A stretch of 64,000 nt of DNA from Octopus sinensis (Eukaryota), in NCBI RefSeq assembly GCF_006345805.1, contig NC_043000.1, positions 12,338,001 through 12,402,000 on the forward strand. The letters run 5' to 3'. A program made the translations under genes and the position numbers. The notes under the pieces were generated by a model that saw nothing but the letters and a program-made list of their open reading frames with translations, was not told the origin of the DNA and did not search any database. Positions 40,526-51,386 of the stretch are shown here, in pieces; position 1 is the first letter of the stretch, and the number at the start of each line of letters is the position of its first letter.

Positions 40526-40983
40526 TTAATGCATTCAATACATCACACTATCATAGTATAGACTATGTCGTTTCAGTTGAGATTATGATATTAGAGTGGA
40601 CATTTTTGTCTCCGCTTAATGGAATGGATTGTTTTCTCTTTGTGCAAACTTCCTCTCCCATCATATTAAATTAATCTATTAGAAATGGCCTCCCAGTGGC
40701 TAGTAATGGTTCAGCATCCCATTCAGAAGAAATGTGCTCTTGGTCCTTTACACTCCATGGAAAGCAGGTAACCAGCCTATGAGTCCTAGAACTTGAGACA
40801 GCAATGTGTAATATCCATAAAGGGGACAATCAAACATTTGGCTGCACCGAGAGTTGGTATAAGGCTGTGATTCTCAATCAGGGTCCTTTGGGGATCCATA
40901 CAAGGTTTTGTTGTTAAAATTTATGTGCAATGAAATTGGTTATATGCTTTTACAATACACAAAATATTCCAACAATTTTTTCA

Positions 40984-41370
40984 TAGGCGCAGGAGTGGCT
41001 GTGTGGTAAGTAGCTTGCTGAACAACCACATGGTTCTGGGTTCAGTCCCACTGCGTGGCATCTTGGGCAAGTGTCTTCTGCTATAGCCCCGGGCCGACCA
41101 ATGCCTTGTGAGTGGATTTGGTAGATGGAAACTGAAAGAAGCCTGTCGTATATATGTATGTGTTTGTGTGTCTGTTTGTCCCCCTAGCATTGCTTGACAA
41201 CCGATGCTGGTGTGTTTACGTCCCCGTCACTTAGCGGTTCGGCAAAAGAGACTGATAGAATAAGTACTGGGCTTACAAAGAATAAGTCCCGGGGTCGATT
41301 TGCTCGACTAAAAGGCGGTGCTCCAGCATGGCTGCAGTCAAATGACTGAAACAAGTAAAAGAGTAAAGAG
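40984..41370 (+). mobile_element. Full-length SINE family A
   Basis: ggcgcaggagtggctgtgtggtaag head, ggttcagtccc B box, central (TA/TG)n, tail gactgaaacaagtaaaagag; other copies 53431-53857(-), 61917-62362(+). Confidence 0.9.
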
Positions 41371-41761
41371 TATACTATTCCTAATAATATTCAATTATAT
41401 AAAATATAATAGGATTTTTTTAACCCTTCAGCATTTAAACTGACCATATCCGGCCCTATTATGCTACCTGTTTTCATGTTCAAACTCGTGGTCTGGCCAC
41501 TAACATCTCCCTGACAATGTCATTCTAAAAATTTACAATCACATAATCAAAATCTCGTAGCTATGAGATAATACATGACTAATTTAAAACAACGTGAACA
41601 AATCATGGTTCTGGGTTCAGTCCCACTGTGTGGTATTTTGGGCAAGTGTCTTCTACTATAGCCTTGAGCCGACCAAAGTCTTGTGAGTGGTTTTGGTAGA
41701 CAGAAACTGAAAGAAGCTCATCATATATATATATGTATTATATTAATAGTTATATACATAA

Positions 41762-42118
41762 TTGTTAGTTAGTTAATTTTTTGGCTCAAAAAGCAAGGCC
41801 ATGTAGGGGGACATGGGGTTATGTACAGGGTGGTGTTCATGTAAAGAGTTCAGGCCACTTGAGGTCAAGGGAGACTTTGAACCGAGCAGTCGTCAGCATC
41901 TTCACCATCTCGTCTGGCAGCTTATTCCACGGATCCGCAACCCGGACGGAGAAAGCCCCTCTCCTTCGATTGAGATGAAATCGTCGCAGATAGAGCTTTT
42001 TGGAATGACCCCTGCAGCCGACGCTCTTGAGCAGGAGCGAAGAACAGCTCTTTCGAGAGGTTACACTTTCCGCTTATGATGTTGTGAGCAAGAATGAGAT
42101 CTCCACGGCGGCGGCGTT
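41762..42118 (-). mobile_element. 5'-truncated CR1/L2-clade LINE 3' end
   Basis: RRRRGDLILAHNII...then AFSVRVADPWNKLPDEMV...FKVSLD; GC-rich; (TAAC)n tail. Confidence 0.85.
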
Positions 42119-42516
42119 TAACAAGGGATTGGCAAAAATGCCTATCCACACACTGAAAATAGACACCAAATGGTGCTAAAACTACCTTCTAAACTCTAAA
42201 AACACAGATTGTAGTCGATCAAAAGAAAGATAATATATTAAATTTTTGGTTATTTGCATATAAGATCTCATTTCATGCTAAAGGTAAAAATATACCTACA
42301 GCTTATCATCAACATTTATACAACACTGATCATGGCAGTAGGTATATTTTTTATCTTTAGCTTGAAATGAGATCTTATACATGATTAACCAAAAGTTTAA
42401 TTTATCTTTCTTTTGCTCGACTACAATCTGTGTTTTTAGAGTTTTGAAGGTGATTTTAGTGCCATTTGGTGTCTATTTTTAGTGCATGGTGAGACGTTTT
42501 TGCCAATCCCTTGTTA
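42119..42516. repeat. Long inverted repeat (fold-back element), ~190-bp arms
   Basis: taacaagggattggcaaaaa...tatacctac / gtaggtata...tttttgccaatcccttgtta. Confidence 0.9.
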
Positions 42517-43104
42517 TAAATATTAATATATTTGGAAAATTTACCTATAAGGTTTTTATTTTCGTGCTGACCTGATAAAATCATAAATGATTTTATACTT
42601 TATTATATTAAAAAAAATATATATATATGTATTTGTGTGTCTGTGTTTGTACCCCCACCCCACCCCACCATCGCTTGACAACCAATGTTAGTAACTTAGC
42701 ATCCCTGTAACATTGCAGTTCAGCAAAAGGTTCTGATAGAATAAGTACTAGGCTTACAAAGAATAAGTCCTGGGGTCAATTTGTTCAACTAAAAGCGATG
42801 TTCCAGTATGGCCACAGTCAAATGACTGAAACAAGTAAAAGAATAAAAGAAGGGACAAACTACTGCTAAGCGTCTTGTCCAGCTTGGTAGCAATTCTGCC
42901 AGTTTGACACTTTTAAAATGCCAAATCATATTGACAGATGTTAAAACCTGTTAAATTTTAACAGGTTTTAACACATGTTTTTAACATGCGTTAAAACCTG
43001 TTAACATGTTTTTGTACTCTTGAATTCAGCGCTCTTTCATTTTCTATAATGAACATCATAATCCAATTAGTGAAATTTACTTGCTAGATAGTCACAGTAA
43101 TATA

Positions 43105-44000
43105 CAAATTATGAAAGTTACAGTCAGAATTTTAGCTCAACTAATTAAGAAGAGTGGAGGCGCAATGGCTCAGTGGTTAAGGCAGCGAACTTGCGGTCGG
43201 AGGATCGCAGTTTCGATTTCCAGACCGGGCCGGGCGTTGTGTGTGTTTATTGAGCAAAAACACCTAAAAACTCCACGAGGCTCCAGCAGGGGGTGGTGGC
43301 GACCCCTGTTGTACTCTTTCGCCCCAACTTTCTCTCACTCTTTCTTCCTGTTTCTTGAGTAACGCTGCGATGGACTGGCGTCCTGTCCAGCTGGGGGTGG
43401 GGGACATATGCCATAGAAACTGGGAAACCGGGCTCATGAGCCTGGCTAGGCTTGAAAAGGGTGCATAAATAAAAAATAAAATTAAGAAGAGAGTTACACT
43501 GGATGAGATACTGTTTGGTTTTGTGCCAGGGAGAAGTACTTGTGATACTCTCTTCCTAGTGATTCAAATACAAGAGAAGTATTTAACCAACAGCAAACTG
43601 CTACACATGGCTTTCATTTGACTTGTAGAAAGCCTCCAACTGGGTCTCTCGCTCCCTGATCAGATGATTGCTGCAGAAACTAAGAATAGATGAATGGCTA
43701 ATGAGAGCTAGCCAAGCCATGTACAGAGGTATTGTCACTAAGGTGAGAAACAGCAATGAATTTAGTGTACAAGTAGGAGTTCATGAGGCCTCTCTTCTCA
43801 GTCCCTTCTTGTTATTGTTCTCCAGAACATAACTGAAGAAGTTAAGACTGGTTGCCTATGGGAACTCCTCTATGCTGATGACTTGCTTTTCAAGCTGAAT
43901 CTGTAGTAGAATTAGAAAAGAAATTCCAGTGTGGATGCAAAGCCAGGAACCAAAGAGCTTTAAAGTTATTTTAGCAAACACTGAACTCCTGGCAAGCAGG
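43105..44000 (+). pseudogene. Decayed RTE-clade reverse transcriptase fragment, interrupted by a SINE
   Basis: MKVTVRILAQLIKK|RVTLDEILFGFVPGRSTCD...VGVHEASLLSPFL...WELLYADDL with stops and frameshifts. Confidence 0.88.
43155..43479 (+). mobile_element. SINE family B with 12-bp TSD
   Basis: TSD aattaagaagag at 43143-43154 and 43480-43491; A/B boxes; A-rich tail. Confidence 0.9.
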
Positions 44001-44033
44001 AAACAAACAGGATGCTAATTTGCTAGGAAAATG

Positions 44034-44615
44034 GTGTTTTGATCCTATCTCTAGTAACAGTGAAACTGTGTTTGAGTATATCTATAGCTACAGTCCAGCA
44101 CTGTGTTTGATCATATCTCTATCAACAGGACCAGCATTGTGATCATATTGCTAGCAACAGTCTGGCACTGTGTTTGATCATATCTCTAGTATTAGTCAAA
44201 CTGTGTTTGATCATATCTCTAGCAACAGTCCAGTATTGTGTTTGATCATATCTCAAGTAATAATGAAACTGTTTGATCATATCTCTAGCAATTCTGGCAC
44301 TGTATTTGATCATATCTCTAGCAATTCTGGCACTGTATTTGATCATATCTCTAGCAATTCTGGCACTGTATTTGATCATATCTCTAGCAACAGTGAAACT
44401 GCTTGATCATATCTCTAACAACAGTCCAGCACTGTGTTTGATCATATCTCTAGTAACAGTCAAACTGTGTTTGATCAGATCTCTAGCAACAGTCCAGCAT
44501 TATCTTTGATCAGATCGCTAGTAACAGTGAAACTGTTCTATCATATCTCAAGCAACACTCTGGCATTGTGTTTGATCATATCTCTAGCAAGTCTAACACT
44601 GTTATCTCTAGCAAG
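44034..44615. repeat. Minisatellite, ~33-35 bp unit (tgtgtttgatcatatctctagcaacagtccagcac), roughly 17 copies
   Basis: recurring ttgatcatatctctag core; explains the MIKYSARIARD repeat ORFs. Confidence 0.92.
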
Positions 44616-45047
44616 TATTCACAAGCTCCATTCCAATTGCTAGTTTCAAATTTTAGTACAACACCAGCAAGTATATAAGAGGGAGTAAGTCGATTACATC
44701 GACTCTAGTACATGACTTGTATTTCATATCATTGACCCTGCACCACAACCCCAAAGGAAGAAAGGCAAAGTCAACCTTGCCATAATTTGAACTCAGGACA
44801 TAAAAACCGCTGGTAAATAAGAGCAAAAGAAATGTTCTTGAGCATTTTGTCCAACATACTAATAATTTTGACAGCTCACTGCTTTTAATTCTTTCTAATT
44901 TGGGCAAAATTTTGAGGGGAGGGGCAAGTCAGTTACATCAACTCCAGTACTTGATTGGTACTTATTGAATTCAGAACATATCGAGTTGAAAGAAATTTCA
45001 CTAAGGATTTTGTTCAACATGCTAATAAATCTTTCAGTTCATTACCT

Positions 45048-45087
<40 letters not shown>

Positions 45088-46069
45088 TTTTAATTTAAGT
45101 ACAATACCTGGAATTTTGGGAGAGGGAATGACTAGATTTCAGTGACTCTTGTATTTGATTGATACTTTTATTTTATTGCCCTTCTCTGTTGGAGGAATGA
45201 GAGCAAGGCAAAGAAGTTGAATTCAGAATGTCATTATTAAGACATAATGAAAAAACAGAACTCATTTAAACTATATTGTAATAATCCTTTCTCCTAAAAG
45301 TACAAGGCCTGAAATTTGGTAGGAGGGGACTAGTCGGTTACATGAACCCCAGTGTTTCAGTGGTACTTAACTTATTGACCCCAAAAGGATGAAAGGCAAA
45401 GTTGACCTTTGTGGAATTTGAACTTAGAATGTAAATAGGGACTAAATGCCACTAAGCAACTGTGCTAATGATTCTTTTCTACTCTAGGCACAAGGCCTGA
45501 AATTTTGGGGGAGGGGGCCAGTCGGTTAGATTGACCCAGTACGCAATTGATACTTAATTTATCGACCCCGAAAGGATGAAAAGCAACATCGACCTCGGTG
45601 GAATTTGAACTCAGAACGTAAAGACAGATGAAATATCTATTTCTTTACTACCCACACGGGGCTAAACACAGAGGGGACAAACAAAGACAGACAAAGGGAT
45701 TAAGCAGATTATATTGACCCTAGTGCGTAATTGGTACTTATTTAATCGACCCCAAAAGGATGAAAGGCAAAGTTGACTTTGGCGGAATTTGAACTCAGAA
45801 CGTAGTGGCAGACGAAATACTAACGCTAAGCATTTCGCCTGGCGTGCTAACATTTCTGTCTTAAAAATAATAATAATAGTTACAAATTTTGCACAAGGCC
45901 AGCAGTTTCAGGAGAGGGGACAAGTTGATTACATTGACCCCAGTTTTCAGCTGCTACTGTTTTTATCAAACCTGAAAGCATGAAAGGCAACAACATCAAC
46001 AGAATTTGAACTGTCTGCCAGCTTGATTAAGAATAATGATAATAATAATAATAATGATTATTATTATTA

Positions 46070-46447
46070 CTAGCAGTATCGCCCGGCATTGCTCAGGTTT
46101 GTTTCGACCCTTTAGAATTGGAATTTTTGAAAAGTAAAACTTTTGCATTATGTAGCTTGTTATTCTCTTTAAGTGAACATTTTTCTGGTTGAAACACACT
46201 GAAAAATGGCGACACAGCAGTAAAAAAAATCAGGATTGTCATAGAAAAAAAGCACCTTTTTGATGTAAATAATTTTTGGTCATAACATGGTCTGATTTGA
46301 ATTTTTTCTTCTATGAAAGGAAGAGCAAGCCTTCTATCATACTCTCAATTTTGGTCAACTTGCATCGCAGGGTCTCGGAGGAGATAGTGTTAGTTGAAGG
46401 CTACCAAACCTGCTACAGACACAATTTCAGCTTTATATGTATATAGA
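46070..46447 (-). mobile_element. Non-autonomous Helitron
   Basis: minus strand 5' TCTATA...; 3' CTAG preceded by GC-rich hairpin (cccggcattgctcagg on +); sits between A and T, no TSD. Confidence 0.8.
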
Positions 46448-47017
46448 TAACAATAATCCTTTCTACTATAGGTACAAAGCCTGAAATTTGGTGGTAGGGG
46501 GACTAGTTAATTATATCGTCCCCAAAAGGGTGAAAAAAAAACTCAACTTTGACAGAATTTGAACTCAGAACACAAAGACAGATGAAATGCTAACAATTCT
46601 GCTAGTTTGCTGCCTTAATAACAACAACAACAATACTAATAATAATAATCCTTTCTACTATAGGCACAAGGCCTGAAATTTTGTGGGAGGGGACTAGTCA
46701 ATTACCAATTGACCCCCCCAACGTTTCACTGGTACTTAATTTATTGACCCTGAAAGGAAGAAAGGCAAAGTCGACCTCAGTGGAATTTGAACTCAGAACG
46801 TAAAGACAGAGAAAATACTGCTAAGCATTTCGCCTGGCGTGCTAACAATTCTGCCAGCTTGCCACCTTAATAACAACAACAACAACAGTAATAATAATAA
46901 TAATAATAATGATAATAACAACAACAAAAAGAATAAAGCAAAACAAGAAGCAGGTGTTAACTTTGATTGTTTTATCACCATTTCATTTATGAGAGGGCAA
47001 TTAGTATTATTAATTAG

Positions 47018-47048
47018 GTGGCTACCCAATTGGTAGAACGTGCTATTG
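47018..47048 (+). CDS. Putative 31-nt exon of unidentified spliced ORF ((G)GYPIGRTCY(W); alternative frame VATQLVERAI)
   Basis: attaattag acceptor, TTG|gtgagt strong donor; unique sequence between SINEs. Confidence 0.5.
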
Positions 47049-47258
47049 GTGAGTGTATTGGTCCCTAATACATCAATGTGACCCACATTGGCACAGTAGA
47101 GTTTGATATATTGCACAAGATTATAAGAAGGGATTGGGGAGCTTGGCTGCTTTGGCTGGGGGGTTCTTTTTTTATTATTTTTCTTTTTGTTTTTTGTTTT
47201 TTGTTTTGATTTTTTTAAATATTTATTATTAATTTATTTATTTTATTACATTGAACAG

Positions 47259-47277
47259 GCTGCAAGAAGATTTACAA
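47259..47277 (+). CDS. Putative 19-nt microexon (LQEDLQ)
   Basis: long T-rich tract + gaacag acceptor; CAA|gtactt donor (weak); bridges phase 2 to 0. Confidence 0.4.
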
Positions 47278-47318
47278 GTACTTTCGATCTGAAATAAGGT
47301 GGCCCAGCTGGAACATAT

Positions 47319-47366
<48 letters not shown>

Positions 47367-47900
47367 TGAAGAGAGCAAAAAAAAAAAGCAATAAAAAACA
47401 AAAACAGTGAAATGTTTAATAAGGAGACATTGTTACTTATATCAGAGGATGTCAGTTTAGAATATTAATTTAGTAATTAAACAACAATGACAACAATAAT
47501 AATAATTCTTTCTACTATAGGCACAAGGCCCAAAATTTTGGGGAGGGGTAAGTCAATCACATCGACCCCAGTACTTGATTGGTTCTTATTTTATTGACCC
47601 CAAAAGGATGAAAGGTAAAGTCAATGTTGGCAGAATTTGAACTCAGAACGTAAGGATGGATGAAATGCCTATTTCTTTACTACCCACAAGGGGCTAAACA
47701 CACAGAGGACAAACAAGGACAGACAAACGGATTAAGCTGATTATATCGATCCCAGTGCATAACTGGTACTTAATCTATCAACCCCGAAAGGATGAAAGGC
47801 AAAATCAACCTCGGCAGAATTTGAACTCAGAACATAGCGGTAGACGAAATACCACTAAGCATTTCGCCCGGCGTGCTAACGATTCTGCCAGCTCGCCACC

Positions 47901-47933
<33 letters not shown>

Positions 47934-48889
47934 TAATAATAATAATAATAATAATAATCCTTTCTACTATAGGCACAAGGCCTGAAATTTGTAGGGAGGG
48001 GACTAGTCAATTACATCAACCCCTAGTACTCAGCTGGTACTTATTTTATCGACCCTGAAAGGATGAAAGGCAAAGTCGACCTCAGCAGAATTTGAACTCA
48101 GAATGCGAAGACAGATGTAATACCACTAAGCATTTCACCTGGCGTGTTAACGATTCTGCCAGCTTACCATGATAATAATAATAATTATAACCATTAGTTA
48201 CATTAGTTTATCACACTACCCACCCCATTATATGACTGATACTTGTTTTATTGAGCCCCACCTAGAAGGATGAAAAAAAAAACAAAGTTGATCTTGTCAA
48301 ATAATAATAATAATAATCCTTTCTACTACAGGAACAAGGCCTGAATTTTGGGTGGGGAGTGGGTAAGTCGATAACCCCAGTTCTCAACTGGTACTTATTT
48401 TATTGACCCTGAAAGGATGAAAGGCAAACTCTATCTTGGCAGCATTTGAACTCAAAACATAAAGACAGACGGAATGCTGCTAAGCATTTGATCGAAGTGC
48501 TAATGAATCTGACAGCTCAGTGCCTTATTATTATTATTATTAATAATAATAATAATAATAATAAACAACTGTAAACGGTTAACAGCAAAGTCTCCTTTAA
48601 AAAGTATGCTTTTTGTTGCTAAGACAATTACAGATAGAACAGTAAGAGAAGTTAGAATACAATAGGCAGGCAGGTATCTAGAGAACATCCCAGATGGCCC
48701 CTACACATAAGGTAGAGGTCAAAGGGAAAAGAAAAATGTACCATATTTGATGACATATTTCAGAAAAAAAAAAAACAATAATAATAATAAAAGGTTTTGA
48801 AACAACCATCCCAGGTCCTAAATGCAAATTTGGGCTTTCCATAAAGTAATTGTGTTTCTGATTCTTACTTCTCTGAATATGCTCTCCAG

Positions 48890-48944
48890 AAACTGAGATG
48901 TGTCTTTTATGCCATCAAATATGGCACGTTCTTGAACATAACCG
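48890..48944 (+). CDS. Putative 55-nt exon (KLRCVFYAIKYGTFLNIT)
   Basis: cttctctgaatatgctctccag acceptor, CCG|gtaaag donor, phase 0-1. Confidence 0.5.
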
Positions 48945-49867
48945 GTAAAGTGTCCAGAAGACAGCGGAAATGTTCCTTAATTACTGTTTAAAAATGTCCT
49001 CTGTTTAAATTTCTGAATTACATTTTTTTTTGTTCCAGCTTGTCCCCTTTTCACCACTACCACCATCACCACCATTATCAGCAACACCATCATCAGTAAT
49101 AATTCTTCATGATTTCGGCACAAGGCCAGCAATTTTAGGAGCAGGGGAGGGGCAGACCAGTCGATTATATCACCAACAATAATAAAAATAACAAATAATA
49201 AAACGGTTTCAAAGTTTTGCACAAGGCCAGTAATTTTGAGGGGAGGGTTGAGTTAATTACATTGGCCTCAGTGCACAACTGGTACTTATCAACCCTGAAA
49301 GGATGAAAGGCAAAGCTGACTTCACAGGTATTTGAACTCAGGACATAAAGAGCTGGAAAAAAATGCTGCTAAGAATATTGTCCGTGTTAAACAATCCTGC
49401 CAGCTCACCACCATAATAATAATAATAATAATAATAATGATAACAATTCTTTCTAATTTTGGCACAAAGCCAGCAATTTTGATGGGAAAGAGGCAAGTTG
49501 ATTACATCAACCCCTACTCTCCTGTACTTTATTCTAATGACCCTGAAAGGATGAAAGGCAAAGTTGACCTCAGCAGGATTTGAACTCGAAATGTAAAGTG
49601 CCAGAAGAAAAAAAACATTAAGCATTAACAACTCCACCAGCTTTCCCCGCTTGTCATCAATGACAATATTAATACAACTGATTAATTCAGTTTACCCAGT
49701 TGAGGTAGTATTAAATACTGGTAGATAGATAGTTATTTTACTAATTAATTATTTACATAATATATAGACCTAAGCCCACAAATTTTAGGAGATTGGGAAA
49801 GTAATCAATTGTGAGAAATGTTGAAGTATGATCTGTAAGATATTTCAGTTAGAGCTTCTGCCTTTAA

Positions 49868-50061
49868 CCCTTTCATTATCAACCCGGCTGAAACCAGTGC
49901 TGGCTCTGTAGTACAAATGTCTTGTTTTCATAACTTTTGAATTAAAACCTTCCACCAATCCTTTGTCACAATTTATGTTCCTAACACTTGCTTAATGATA
50001 ACTAAGTTATTTTATTGAGAGAAACACTGAGCATCTCAAAATAAATACGATAACGAAAGGG
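49868..50061 (+). mobile_element. piggyBac-type MITE P1 with small internal deletion
   Basis: TTAA both sides, TIRs as above. Confidence 0.85.
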
Positions 50062-50072
50062 TTAATAAAGCC

Positions 50073-50098
50073 TAGCTCAGTTGGTAGAGCATCAGACT
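50073..50098 (+). pseudogene. tRNA-Lys-like 5' fragment (D arm + anticodon 5' stem)
   Basis: tagctcagttggtagagcatcagact resembles eukaryotic tRNA-Lys(UUU) TAGCTCAGTCGGTAGAGCATCAGACT; no T arm. Confidence 0.6.
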
Positions 50099-50202
50099 GA
50101 TGATGATGATGTAGGAATTTGTTTTTAACTATGTGATAAGCTTTAAGAACTAGCAGCAGAATTGCCACCACCACCACCTTTAATTGTTTTTTCTTCCGGC
50201 AG

Positions 50203-50233
50203 CATGTGCCGATCTCAAATCTATGTCCCTGAG
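50203..50233 (+). CDS. Putative 31-nt exon ((A)CADLKSMSL(S))
   Basis: ttgttttttcttccggcag acceptor, GAG|gtatgt donor, phase 1-2. Confidence 0.55.
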
Positions 50234-50900
50234 GTATGTGAAGTGGTGTGTCTATGTGTGTGTATGTGCATATGTGGCTGTGTCATATATAGAATGTGTT
50301 CTGTATTCAGTAATGTGTGTGTGGGTCAGAACAGTGTACAATGTTTGAGATTGTGCATTGCTGTTTAGCCTTGGTAAAGTACTGGCTAAAAATTTACTAT
50401 GATCAAAAATAGTCCAGCTATGATCATTTCCACTCATTTTCATACTGAATATTATATAAAATTACATTATCCAATAATTTCTTTCTTCTTTTAAGACATG
50501 TGATTTAAGAGAAATTTGGTTGCTATTTCTAGGCAGTATATTGACTATGTGGAGGTTCCCTAGCTGACTCATGGAATCTTATGTATTAGTGCATGTTTAA
50601 ATACCCCCAATCCCCCAGTTGTAACTGGGAAAAGAAAGGGACACAGTCACTACTTTATCCCTACACGTATCCCGCCTCTCCCCCCTCTCTCTCTATATAT
50701 ATATGCACACATACTCATATATATCTCCTTGTATGGTAATAGTTCCTCAACTTCCAGAGATCTCCTACCATGACAATCATTAATGTCTCAGCAGTTACTT
50801 TTAATCTTAAAATAATAATAATAATCCTTTCTACTAAAGCTACAAGCCCTGCAATTTTGGGAGAGGGGAGAAGTCAATTACATCGACCCCAGTGTTTCAC

Positions 50901-51386
50901 TGGTACTTAATTTATCAACCCTGAAAAAGTGAAAAGCAAAGCTGACTTGAGTGGAATCTTAACTCAGAACATCAAGGTGGACAAAATGCCACTAAGCTAA
51001 CAATTCTGCCGGCTCACCACCTTAATAATAACAAGCTTATTATATACAGTGCTCAGGTGTACTTTGACAAAAAGTACTCTGCTTGTAGAGGGACTTGAGC
51101 CTATACTCTAGTATCAAACAACATTAGAGTACATAAAAATCTGATGTTCTGCTAATTGAGCCATGTAAGTAAACTATCATCACCACCACCATTATTATTA
51201 TTATTATTATTATTATGGTTCTGGACTACTGACCAAATAATCAAGATTCCAAATCTCTCATTGTACTATGTCCCAGAGTAAGAAACATAACTGCTGATTC
51301 TAGTTTATCAAACACACACATTCATGTATGTGCTTATAGGATGTTCTTATTCATGGAAACATAGGTTATTCAAACATACACAGATG
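50901..51386 (+). repeat. Local direct duplication, copy 1
   Basis: co-linear with 54061-54670 including non-SINE sequence. Confidence 0.9.

Larger units (their letters stand above)
44680..51025 (-). mobile_element. Dense array of co-oriented SINE family C copies separated by (AAT)n
   Basis: repeated tcctttctactataggcacaaggcctgaaatt...aaaggatgaaaggcaaagtcgacc...gaatttgaactcagaacg; about 15 copies or fragments. Confidence 0.88.

Noticed and set aside
44034-44643. CRISPR-like array or repeat-protein ORFs
   Set aside because: Eukaryotic context, linkers are homologous and short, no cas genes; ordinary minisatellite
48869-48975. Minus-strand exon GTFPLSSGHFTGYVQERAIFDGIKDTSQFLESIFRE (with 47290 region IESTCKSSC)
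   Set aside because: Needs a poor AAG acceptor just downstream of a better CAG that introduces a stop; the + strand reading has better splice sites and more partners. Not fully excluded
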